A stretch of 64,000 nucleotides of DNA, taken from assembly GCA_003154195.1 (NCBI GenBank), contig PMCS01000029.1:208703-272702 (forward strand). Reading direction: 5' to 3'. The DNA comes from Candidatus Omnitrophota bacterium. Its GTDB lineage: Bacteria; Omnitrophota; Gorgyraeia; Duberdicusellales; 4484-171. Positions 28,662-37,323 of the stretch are shown here, one piece after another. Each line of letters opens with the position of its first letter. The first letter of the stretch is position 1. The notes under the pieces were generated by a model. The model was not told the origin of the DNA, did not search any database, and saw only the letters and a program-made list of their open reading frames with translations. The translations under genes were made by a program, and so were the position numbers.

Positions 28662-29492
28662 ATTTATACCGAATACTGGGGATTAAAAAGAACGCCTTTT
28701 GAAAACATCAGCGACCCGGATTTTTTTTATTATTCCAATGAGCATAAAGAGGTCCTGGCGCGGATGAGTTATGCCGTCCAGCAAAAAAAGATGGGGGTGC
28801 TCATCACCGGCGAGCCGGGAACGGGAAAAACTTTTGTCAGCCGCGTCCTCAAAGAGATGTGCGGCAAAGACAAATGCTTTTTTATTTACATTATTAACCC
28901 GCGCCTTACGCCGATAGAATTCATCAAAGAGATTCATTACCAACTGGGCGGCAGCATCGAAACCACGACTCATTATACCAAAATGGATTATTTACGGGCG
29001 ATTCAGAAGAACCTCGAAGATTGCCGCGGCCGGGGGGTATATCCCGTGGTCATTATCGATGAAGCGCAAAGTATTCAGGGCGATGAATTGCTGGAAGAAG
29101 TGAGATTGCTGCTTAATATGCAGAGCGATAATAGCGTGTTGTTTACCTTGATTTTGCTCGGCCAGACTCAACTGGAAGAAAAAGTAGGAAAAACACCCCA
29201 GTTTGAGCAGAGGCTTTCCATAAGGTATAAGCTTTATTCTTTATCGAGAGAAGAAGCTAAGGAGTATATCGAGTACCGTCTTAAGGTAGCCGGCACCACC
29301 CGCCGTATTTTTACCGATTCGGCCTACGAGGAAATTTATGAATTTTCGCAAGGTATGCCGCGCTTAATAAATAATATCTGCGATTTATCGCTGTTAACCG
29401 GTTTTATCAAAAAACTTCAAATAATTGACCGGGACGTGGTTATCCAGGTCGCCCATGATTTGGGCAGCCGCAAAAAAGAAGAAGAACACTAG
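28662..29492 (+). CDS. ExeA/GspA-like AAA ATPase, copy 2 (apparent ATT start)
   Basis: From 28662 the frame reads IYTEYWGLKRTPFENISDP, colinear with the copy-1 N-terminus; AGGAGG 5 nt upstream; Walker A GEPGTGKT, IIDEAQ, GMPRLINNICD. Confidence 0.88.
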   Translation: MYTEYWGLKRTPFENISDPDFFYYSNEHKEVLARMSYAVQQKKMGVLITGEPGTGKTFVSRVLKEMCGKDKCFFIYIINPRLTPIEFIKEIHYQLGGSIETTTHYTKMDYLRAIQKNLEDCRGRGVYPVVIIDEAQSIQGDELLEEVRLLLNMQSDNSVLFTLILLGQTQLEEKVGKTPQFEQRLSIRYKLYSLSREEAKEYIEYRLKVAGTTRRIFTDSAYEEIYEFSQGMPRLINNICDLSLLTGFIKKLQIIDRDVVIQVAHDLGSRKKEEEH

Positions 29493-29640
29493 ATTTTTTG
29501 CGGAGCAAAAAATATATCCGCCGGAAAATGCCGGTTTAGCGTGCGGGCATTTTTCCGGTTAATGCGAAACAATTTTTAAACGGTTGAATTTCTCCATGCC
29601 GCGAAGCGGATGGAAGAGATTTTTTTGCTGCGCAAAAAAA
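29493..29640. repeat. Hairpin-rich intergenic element with terminal inverted repeat
   Basis: ttttttgcggagcaaaaaa ... tttttttgctgcgcaaaaaaa, internal ccggaaaatgcc/ggcatttttccgg. Confidence 0.6.
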
Positions 29641-29645
29641 TAAAT

Positions 29646-30932
29646 ATGATAAAATTTTCCGATATTTTCGGTAAAGATGACAAAGAAAAAAAAGAGCCGG
29701 TTTCCCCGGAACCAAAGAAAGAGCATCGGCAGGAACAGGGCGGCAGCAAGATAAATTTTTTCCGCGCGTTTTTTAGAGAGGAGAAAAAAGAAGCTTCTTC
29801 GCCGAAAAAAGAAGAAGTTAAGCCGCAGGCTCCCCTGTCCGGCCCCGTAAGTTTTCCCGCCATATGTAAAAATAACGAACAAAACCAAGAAGAAAAAGAA
29901 AAGAAAGAGGATGCTTCTGCCGGTAAAGAGAAAAAACCTTCTCTTTCCGATATCGATTTTTTTTCTCTTTTCAATAATCAATCGCTTTCCAACAACGCGC
30001 CGGCAGGTTCCGGCGTGCCGAAGAAAGGCGATGGCGTATCCGGCGCAGAAGCGCCGGCCCCGTCCGATATCGACCAGATGTATAAGCAAGCCGTGATTAT
30101 CGCGCAGGATATTTTTAATTCCGATAGTAATTTGACGGAAACGCAAATGCGCCAGGTCAGTGATTTTGTCGAAAATCTTATCGATTGCATCAAAGACAAT
30201 GACCAACAATTCATGGAACGAGTTTTCAAAAATATAAGCGACGATATGCTTTTTGTTGCGCTGCATTTTGTTAATGTTTGCGTTTTGGCTTTGGAATTAG
30301 GCGTAGGATTAAACTACGCTAACTCTCAATTGTTGAGGCTCGGCATCGCGGCTTTTCTGCATGATTTGGGATTGCGCAAATACCGCGATTTGGTAAATCA
30401 AAAACGTAAACTTACCCCGGTGGAAATACATAAATTACAAAGGCATCCCCTCGACGCGTCGGAAATTATAAAAGTTCGAGGCGGCCATGTTACCAAACAG
30501 ATCGGCGAAATTATCGCGCAGCAGCACGAACGCATTGACGGTTCCGGTTACCCTCGTGGTTTAAAGAACGGCGATATCAGCGAAATGGCGCAGATAATCG
30601 GTTTAGTGGACGTTTACGAAGCGTTAACCCATAAGCGGCCCTACCGCGATAAATACACGCCGATTGAAGCGCTGAAGATTATTCTGGAAGATAAGGATAA
30701 TTTTTCGGCGCGGCTTACCAAGGCATTTATGGAAAGAATCGGATTTTATCCCAAGGGGACATTCGTCGAGCTCAACACCAAAGAAGCGGCGCAGGTTATC
30801 AAGCAGAATATCGAAATGCCTTCTTGCCCGGTCGTAAAAATTATTTATGACCTGCACGGCAAAAAAAACGAACAATCCAGAGAAATAGATTTGAGCCGGG
30901 GTACCAAGGTTTTTATTACCAAGAGTTTATAA
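29646..30932 (+). CDS. HD-GYP domain protein with disordered N-terminus
   Basis: LHDLG, HERIDGSGYPRGL, DVYEALTHKRPYR, YPKGTFVELN. Confidence 0.88.
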   Translation: MIKFSDIFGKDDKEKKEPVSPEPKKEHRQEQGGSKINFFRAFFREEKKEASSPKKEEVKPQAPLSGPVSFPAICKNNEQNQEEKEKKEDASAGKEKKPSLSDIDFFSLFNNQSLSNNAPAGSGVPKKGDGVSGAEAPAPSDIDQMYKQAVIIAQDIFNSDSNLTETQMRQVSDFVENLIDCIKDNDQQFMERVFKNISDDMLFVALHFVNVCVLALELGVGLNYANSQLLRLGIAAFLHDLGLRKYRDLVNQKRKLTPVEIHKLQRHPLDASEIIKVRGGHVTKQIGEIIAQQHERIDGSGYPRGLKNGDISEMAQIIGLVDVYEALTHKRPYRDKYTPIEALKIILEDKDNFSARLTKAFMERIGFYPKGTFVELNTKEAAQVIKQNIEMPSCPVVKIIYDLHGKKNEQSREIDLSRGTKVFITKSL

Positions 30933-30937
30933 CGCAT

Positions 30938-31882
30938 ATGACAAAACACTCAACCATAAATCTTTTAATTATCATCGCGGTTATCGCCGCGATTGTATTT
31001 TTCGGGTTTAATTTTTTAAAGATGAACACAAGTTTCCAGGAGAACTTGACTTCTCTTCAGGCGGCGCTTCCCGCTGGCCATCTTAACGAATTAAAACCGG
31101 CCGAGGCAACCGGCGGGGCAGTTTCTCCTAAGGCCGTCGATAACACACCGGATGCCGCCGTAGAGCAAAAAGAACATCAGCGGCTTACCGGCGAAATAGA
31201 AAATCTTAAAAAGTCACTGGATGGTAAAGACAGTGATTTGGCGGCATTAAGAAAAGAATTGGCTGAACTGAAAACCAATTATCTGGATGCCGCCGCGCAA
31301 AAAGAAGCTTTGATTAAAGAGAAGAAAGAGCTGGCCGATGAGCTGAGCGATAAGGAAGCGGCGCTGAGTTCTTTAAGGCCGGCGCCGGATAAAGTTGCGC
31401 CCGCTCCCGAAGAGGTTGCCGCTTTAAAAAAAGAGCTTAGCGAATATAAGGATAATCTGGATAAAGTTACCGATCTTTATGAGCGCCTTACACTTCAACT
31501 AAAAAATATATCCGCCGCGCTTGCCCGAAGAGAAGAGGAAAACCGGCATAAAGAAAATCAAATCACGGAGCTGAAAGGAGAAATTTCTATCTTAAAGACC
31601 CAAGTGAGCCAGCTAAATGATTATCTACTGCAATCACAGGAGACTCACCGGGCCATTAAGGAAAAATTAAACGTGCTTAACGAGTTGGACGGTACGGTTA
31701 AAAACAATTTAGGGCAGGAAACATTAGGCAAACAACCGGATTCTTTCCGGGGAAATTTTTCGCGAGCGGCCGTCGCGCCGGAAAACACCGCTGATCTAAC
31801 CAGGCCGATGCCTTCAGGCAACAAAACCGAAGCCGAAGAATTAAAAAAGAAAGTAGAAGTGATCTTGCAGTCGGTAGAATAG
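30938..31882 (+). CDS. Membrane-anchored coiled-coil protein
   Basis: N-terminal TM then long heptad-rich E/K/L segments. Confidence 0.75.
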   Translation: MTKHSTINLLIIIAVIAAIVFFGFNFLKMNTSFQENLTSLQAALPAGHLNELKPAEATGGAVSPKAVDNTPDAAVEQKEHQRLTGEIENLKKSLDGKDSDLAALRKELAELKTNYLDAAAQKEALIKEKKELADELSDKEAALSSLRPAPDKVAPAPEEVAALKKELSEYKDNLDKVTDLYERLTLQLKNISAALARREEENRHKENQITELKGEISILKTQVSQLNDYLLQSQETHRAIKEKLNVLNELDGTVKNNLGQETLGKQPDSFRGNFSRAAVAPENTADLTRPMPSGNKTEAEELKKKVEVILQSVE

Positions 31883-31889
31883 AAATACT

Positions 31890-33038
31890 ATGCGAATCAA
31901 ATCACAAATTACAAATACCAAATCCCAAATTTCCACCTTTTGCGGGATTGCGCTGAACCAGCATAATAAAGAGCGGGAAAATCCCAGTATCAAAATACAA
32001 ATGACCAAAACCAAAACATCTATTGTTTGGAATTTGAAATTTGGAGCTTGGAATTTATTTGGTGCTTGGTGCTTGGTGCTTGGGATTTGTATTTTTTTAC
32101 AATCGCCGGTGTTCGGCGAGGCGGATAAGGCCGATATCGCACGTCATTATCGCCTGGGGCGTATCTATTATGAAAACGGCCTTTACGAAGATGCTCAAAG
32201 AGAGTTTAAGAAGGCCATGAATGTGCCGGATAATAATATGCTTAATGATTCTGAGCAAGCGCAAATTCTACCGGCAAGAGACGTTGTCCCGCCGGCCGCT
32301 TCTCCGGCCCCGGCGCAACAAGTAAAAAATATAATGCCGGGGACGGGGACAGATGGTATAGACCATAAGATAAATAAGGAAACCCCGGCCCCCGCCGTGT
32401 TGGTTTCCCAGCCCGATGCCGTTTCTCCCGCCGGCGATTATATCATCGGGCCGGGGGATACTCTTTCCGTAAGCGTATGGGAAAACAGCGACCTTGATAA
32501 GGAAGTAATTGTCCGGCCCGACGGGAAAATTTCCTTCCCCTTAATCGACGATGCTGTTGCCGCGGGGTTGGCCATTCCTCAGTTGAGGGGAGTCATTACC
32601 GCAAAGCTCAGCGAATTTATTCGTTACCCCCAGGTAGTCGTTTCTTTAAGGGCGATCGGCGGCAATAAAATCATTGTGCTGGGCGAGGTCGGCCATCCCG
32701 GAGTTTTTTCCCTTAGCGAGCAGAAAAGCGTTCTGGAAGCGGTAGCTTTGGCCGGAGGTTTTACCAAAGACGCAGTGCTCGACAGTGTTATCGTCATAAA
32801 GGGCGGTTTAAAAAATCCGCAGGCGATGCGGGTTAATCTTACTAAAGCTTTGATCCGGGCCAATATGAAAGAAAATGTTCTCCTGGTTTCCCAGGATATC
32901 GTTTATGTTCCCAGAAGATTTATCGCCAACCTCAGTTATTTTTTAAACCAGATTCTTGACCCGATCTCCAAAGGTGCTTCTATCTATCAACAATTTCAGA
33001 CCTTGGGGGTTACAACCACCACGACCGTAACCCAATAG
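31890..33038 (+). CDS. wza: Polysaccharide export protein (Wza/OPX, SLBB) with TPR
   Basis: YIIGPGDTLSVSVW, VRPDGKISFPLI, VLGEVGHPG, LEAVALAGG, DIVYVP; N-terminus encoded by a tandem-repeat array. Confidence 0.88.
   Translation: MRIKSQITNTKSQISTFCGIALNQHNKERENPSIKIQMTKTKTSIVWNLKFGAWNLFGAWCLVLGICIFLQSPVFGEADKADIARHYRLGRIYYENGLYEDAQREFKKAMNVPDNNMLNDSEQAQILPARDVVPPAASPAPAQQVKNIMPGTGTDGIDHKINKETPAPAVLVSQPDAVSPAGDYIIGPGDTLSVSVWENSDLDKEVIVRPDGKISFPLIDDAVAAGLAIPQLRGVITAKLSEFIRYPQVVVSLRAIGGNKIIVLGEVGHPGVFSLSEQKSVLEAVALAGGFTKDAVLDSVIVIKGGLKNPQAMRVNLTKALIRANMKENVLLVSQDIVYVPRRFIANLSYFLNQILDPISKGASIYQQFQTLGVTTTTTVTQ
31899..32090. repeat. Inverted 7-bp tandem-repeat arms inside the wza 5' end
   Basis: (aaatNNc)n left arm and (ttggNNc/t)n right arm. 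Confidence 0.7.
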
Positions 33039-33067
33039 TAAAGTTGTTTTGTATTTGTTATTATAAA

Positions 33068-33772
33068 ATGACCTTTTCGGTTATCATCCCTACTTACAAT
33101 GAAGAAGATGTAATTGTCGATATTATCGCTGCCGTTCGTAACGAGATATCTCCTCTCGAGGAAATTATTATCGTCGACGACAATTCCACGGATTTAACCA
33201 GGCCGCGCGTCGAGCAATTAGCGCGGGCCGACCGGAAGATTCGTTTAATCCGCCGGGATAACGAAAAAAATCTGGCTACAGCGATTGCCGAAGGGATTCG
33301 TTGCGCCGCCGGCGATTGGGTTATGTGGTTTGACGCCGATTTTTCGGCGCCGCCGGGGACACTGACCGCATTAATAAACTCGGCCTCCGGCGCCGATATT
33401 GTCGTTGCTTCCCGTTATGTCCGCGGCGGCAAAGATGCCCGGGATGATTTTTTGCGTGTTGCCGCCAGCTATATTTTTAATTGGTTCGCCCGTCTGGTCT
33501 TGCGTACTGCAGTGAAAGATTTAACCAGCGGCCAGATAATTGCCCGGCGCAGCATCTTTGACTGCCTGGCAATTAAGGGTTTATACGGCGAATATTGTAT
33601 CCGGTTTCTCTATGAGGCTTCCCGGAAAGGATTTAAAATAAAAGAAACGCCTTACGTGTATTTTTCCCGTAAAAAGGGCAAAAGCAAAACCACGGCAAGC
33701 CCGGGCCAATTCTTAAAATATTGCTTGGTATACGTCTCTGAAGTTTTTAAATTGACGCGGTCAAAATCATGA
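33068..33772 (+). CDS. GT2 polyprenol-phosphate glycosyltransferase (DPM1-like)
   Basis: SVIIPTYNE, VDDNSTD, FDADFS, ASRYVRGG, KDLTSG. Confidence 0.9.
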   Translation: MTFSVIIPTYNEEDVIVDIIAAVRNEISPLEEIIIVDDNSTDLTRPRVEQLARADRKIRLIRRDNEKNLATAIAEGIRCAAGDWVMWFDADFSAPPGTLTALINSASGADIVVASRYVRGGKDARDDFLRVAASYIFNWFARLVLRTAVKDLTSGQIIARRSIFDCLAIKGLYGEYCIRFLYEASRKGFKIKETPYVYFSRKKGKSKTTASPGQFLKYCLVYVSEVFKLTRSKS

Positions 33773-34944
33773 AACATAAAAGGATCATTTTACCGGCGCC
33801 GGAGCCTTATTTAAACCGGCGAAAAAAAATAATCCCCGTAAGCGCGCCCTTATTCGACGGCAACGAACTGGCTTATCTTACCCGGTGCATCAAAAGCGGA
33901 TGGATTTCTTCCCTGGGTAGTTATGTGGAAGAATTTGAAGAGCGTTTCAGCGCTTATTGCGGAGCAGGATGGGGCGTGGCTTGTTCCAGCGGGACGGCTG
34001 CTTTGCATCTGGTGCTGGCGGCCGCCGGTGTCGGCCGGGGCGATGAAGTGATTATGCCGGCATTTACCATGATTTCTACCGCCAACGCCGTCGCTTACCA
34101 GGGCGCTAAACCGGTATTGGTCGATGTCGAGCCGGATACTTTTACTATCCGTCCGGACAAAATAGAAGGAAAGATTACCAAACGCACCAGGGCGATCATC
34201 GCCGTGCATATCTACGGCCATCCCGCCGATATCGATCCCATCAAAAGAATCGCCCGCAAATATAAACTTTTGCTTATTGAAGACGCCGCCGAAGCCCATG
34301 GCGCGCGCTATAAAGGTAAACCGGCCGGCTCTTTAGCCGCCGCCGCCTGTTTTAGTTTTTACGGTAATAAAATTATTACCACCGGCGAAGGCGGAATGGT
34401 CGTTACCGGCAATAAAAAAATATACCGGCGCGCCGCTTATTTGCGCGACCTGGCTTTTTCCAGCGCGCGCCACTTCTGGCATAAAGAATTAGGATTTAAC
34501 TACCGGATGTCCAATTTGCAGGCGGCCGTAGGATTGGCCCAGTTGGAGCGGGTAGATAAACTGGTGGCGATTAAGCGCGATAACGCGCGGCGTTATACTG
34601 CCTTGCTTAAGGACATCGCCGGCATCGGGCTGCCTCCGGAGCGGCCCTGGGCAAAAAATGTATACTGGATGTACGCGGTTACCGTGGAGAAAGAATTCGG
34701 CATATCGAAAGACCGGCTGCGCGCCCGGCTTGCCCAGAACGGCATCGATACGCGTAATTTTTTCATCCCTATAAATTTACAGCCGATTTATGCCGGAATC
34801 TGCCGGGGAAATTTTCCCGTTGCCGAAGAGTTGTGCCGGAAGGGTTTTTATTTACCATCGGGTTTTAATTTAAAAAAAGATGATATCGCGTTTATCGTCA
34901 ACACCATTCGGGAAGCTCGCCTTTGTTGGTGGACTCGCCGGTAA
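33769..34944 (+). CDS. DegT/DnrJ sugar aminotransferase (perosamine-synthase-like)
   Basis: SSGTAALHL, IEDAAEAHG, SFYGNKIITTGEGG, GFNYRMSNLQAA. Confidence 0.94.
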   Translation: MKHKRIILPAPEPYLNRRKKIIPVSAPLFDGNELAYLTRCIKSGWISSLGSYVEEFEERFSAYCGAGWGVACSSGTAALHLVLAAAGVGRGDEVIMPAFTMISTANAVAYQGAKPVLVDVEPDTFTIRPDKIEGKITKRTRAIIAVHIYGHPADIDPIKRIARKYKLLLIEDAAEAHGARYKGKPAGSLAAAACFSFYGNKIITTGEGGMVVTGNKKIYRRAAYLRDLAFSSARHFWHKELGFNYRMSNLQAAVGLAQLERVDKLVAIKRDNARRYTALLKDIAGIGLPPERPWAKNVYWMYAVTVEKEFGISKDRLRARLAQNGIDTRNFFIPINLQPIYAGICRGNFPVAEELCRKGFYLPSGFNLKKDDIAFIVNTIREARLCWWTRR

Positions 34945-34945
34945 T

Positions 34946-35194
34946 TTAAAAACCCATATTGTACTGATTATAACATGTGCCGTCGGCGCTTTGCTGCGTT
35001 TCTATAAGATCGACGAACGTTGTTATTCCGGCGACGCTATCGCCTGGATACCGGTCGGCGTGCATTTTCTTAGGGATTTCGGCACGCTGTTGGCCGGCGA
35101 GGGTTTTAGCCGCGTACCGTTAAAAATCGGCCCCCTGGGAAATATTCTGTTTATACAATCAACGGGAATGTCAAAGGAAAGAATTTGTCGATAG
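34946..35194 (+). pseudogene. Truncated fragment of a GT-C/PMT-like membrane protein
   Basis: TM followed by LRFYKID...SGDA resembles the GT-C N-terminus, but the ORF stops after about 80 codons. Confidence 0.4.
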
Positions 35195-35359
35195 CTGTGA
35201 CGATATTGCTTCTATCATATGTTTATGAGAAAAAAGCAAATTAAAAATAGTTGGGCTAGTTAGGTCGGTTGAGCCAGTTGTAGTGTTGGAATCTTTCAAC
35301 AGCCTCGACAGTCCCAACGGTTGAACGGGCTAAACAGGTCCAACAGGCTAAACAATCAA

Positions 35360-35677
35360 ATGCTTCATAACCGTATCTACATTTTTTTCAGGCTTTTAAT
35401 ATCCGGAAAAATAAAATATATTTACGCGAGTTTCCGCCGCCGATTTATTTTTTATTTCCGTAAAAATTACTTCAAAAAACAAATGATGGAACGAAAGGGG
35501 CATTGTCCGGGTTCAGGTCATTGCTGTGCGAAAACAATGCCCCGGTGTAAATATTTTTCCGGCGGTAAGTGCCTTGCTTATAATGAACAACCATTTTTTT
35601 GTAAAATTTTTCCCATCGACAAAAAAGATGTTATACTTAGCGATGTAAAAGGGATATGCGGGTATTGTTGGAAATAA
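35360..35677 (+). CDS. Small Cys-cluster protein (YkgJ-like)
   Basis: GHCPGSGHCC...CKYF...CLAYNEQPFFCKIFP...CGY. Confidence 0.7.
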   Translation: MLHNRIYIFFRLLISGKIKYIYASFRRRFIFYFRKNYFKKQMMERKGHCPGSGHCCAKTMPRCKYFSGGKCLAYNEQPFFCKIFPIDKKDVILSDVKGICGYCWK

Positions 35678-35690
35678 GCTTGTAAACAAT

Positions 35691-37154
35691 ATGAATATTA
35701 CTTTAATCAATCCTCCTTTTGAAGTGCAGGATTCAGTCGGCTCATCACGAAGCCTGAGCCTGGTTTTAAATGTAATCCCGCCGCTCGGTTTAGGCTATCT
35801 GGCGGCAGCGCTGGAAACTTCCGGTTTTTGCGTGCAAATCATCGACTTTACACTCAAGCATAACCGTAAAACTCTTTTGCGGCAAATCGCCAGCCAAAAC
35901 CCGGCCGTAATCGGCATTACCGCTTCTACGCCGATTTTTGCTTCGGCCTGCGATTTGACTAAGGTTTTGCGCAACCTTTGCCCAAAAGCATTGTTGGTAT
36001 TAGGCGGAGCGCACGTGACGGCGATGCCTGAGCCAGCCATGAAAAGCGGCTATTTTGACATCGGTGTTATCGCTGAAGGCGAAGAAACTTTTCTGGCGTT
36101 GGTTAAAAATTTAGAAGAAAAGGGAGGCGGGGGATTGGAGACTATTCCGGGCATTATTATTAAAAAAGATGATCGATGGATATTAACGCCCAAGAGAGAG
36201 TATGCTAAAAATCTTGATACCTTGCCTTTTCCCAGCCGGCATTTGCTACCGCCCCTGTCTTGTTATCAGCCCACCCCGGCTTCTTACCGTCGGCTTCCCT
36301 TAGGTATTATTATTACCAGCCGTGGCTGTCCCCATCAATGCACTTTCTGCGACCGGGCGGTCTTCGGCAATGTTTATCGGGCGCGGAGCAGCCAAAATGT
36401 TTTGGCTGAGGTCAAAGAGGTAGTAAATAAATACGGGGCGCGGGAAATCAGGTTTTTTGATGATTGTTTTACGTTAGATAAAAGACGCGTTTATGATATT
36501 TGCGCCGGCTTGCGTAAATCGAATATTAAGATACCCTGGACCTGCCTTACTACCGTTACCAGCGTTGATAAGGATTTGCTGAAAGAGATGGCTGCGGCCG
36601 GTTGCTGGCAGGTTTTATTCGGGTTAGAGTCGGGCGATGAACGGATGCTTGCCCGGCTATGTAAGGGCCCTTGTTTAGAAGATAATGTTAACGCAGTTCG
36701 TTGGGCAAAGCAAGCCGGTTTAAGCGTGCGCGCCGATTTTATCGTAGGCACTCCCGGCGAGACTAAAGAGAGTTTACAAAAAACTTTGGCGTTTACCTTG
36801 AACAACAGGCTTGACTATGCACATTTTAATAAATTTGTCCCTTACCCGGGGACAGAATTATACAAAAATTTAACCGGTGAAGGCTATCGGTTCGATTTTA
36901 ATAAACCCTGCAGTATTACCGACCATGAAAGTTTTGCCTATATCCCGCCGACTTTAGAAAAAGAATATTACGAAAATTTCCTCAATTACGCGCATCAAAA
37001 GTTTTATCTAAGGCCAGGGTATATGCTAAAGCGATTGCTGTCGATAAGGGGATGGGATGAATTTATCGGCCAGTTAAAAGGTTTTCTGTCCATAGTTTTA
37101 TTACGACGAAGTCGGAGAAAGGGTGGGATATTAAAAAATGAAATTAATCAATAA
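35691..37154 (+). CDS. B12-binding radical SAM protein
   Basis: PPLGLGYLAA, GGAHVT, GEET, SRGCPHQCTFC, GLESG, GTPGET. Confidence 0.92.
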   Translation: MNITLINPPFEVQDSVGSSRSLSLVLNVIPPLGLGYLAAALETSGFCVQIIDFTLKHNRKTLLRQIASQNPAVIGITASTPIFASACDLTKVLRNLCPKALLVLGGAHVTAMPEPAMKSGYFDIGVIAEGEETFLALVKNLEEKGGGGLETIPGIIIKKDDRWILTPKREYAKNLDTLPFPSRHLLPPLSCYQPTPASYRRLPLGIIITSRGCPHQCTFCDRAVFGNVYRARSSQNVLAEVKEVVNKYGAREIRFFDDCFTLDKRRVYDICAGLRKSNIKIPWTCLTTVTSVDKDLLKEMAAAGCWQVLFGLESGDERMLARLCKGPCLEDNVNAVRWAKQAGLSVRADFIVGTPGETKESLQKTLAFTLNNRLDYAHFNKFVPYPGTELYKNLTGEGYRFDFNKPCSITDHESFAYIPPTLEKEYYENFLNYAHQKFYLRPGYMLKRLLSIRGWDEFIGQLKGFLSIVLLRRSRRKGGILKNEINQ

Positions 37155-37323
37155 GATAAAAGGCGTATTTCTTATTATTCTGGGAGCAGCCTGGATTGCT
37201 TTCGTTTATAATTTTTACACGTTTAGGCTTGAGCCGCCGTCATTGATTTCTAAGGTGGTTCTGGGTTTTATTCTGGGAGCGATAATGATGATAAACGGCA
37301 TGAGGATTTACCGAAGAAAATGA
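37138..37323 (+). CDS. Small two-TM membrane protein
   Basis: Two hydrophobic helices; overlaps both neighbours. Confidence 0.6.
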   Translation: MKLINKIKGVFLIILGAAWIAFVYNFYTFRLEPPSLISKVVLGFILGAIMMINGMRIYRRK

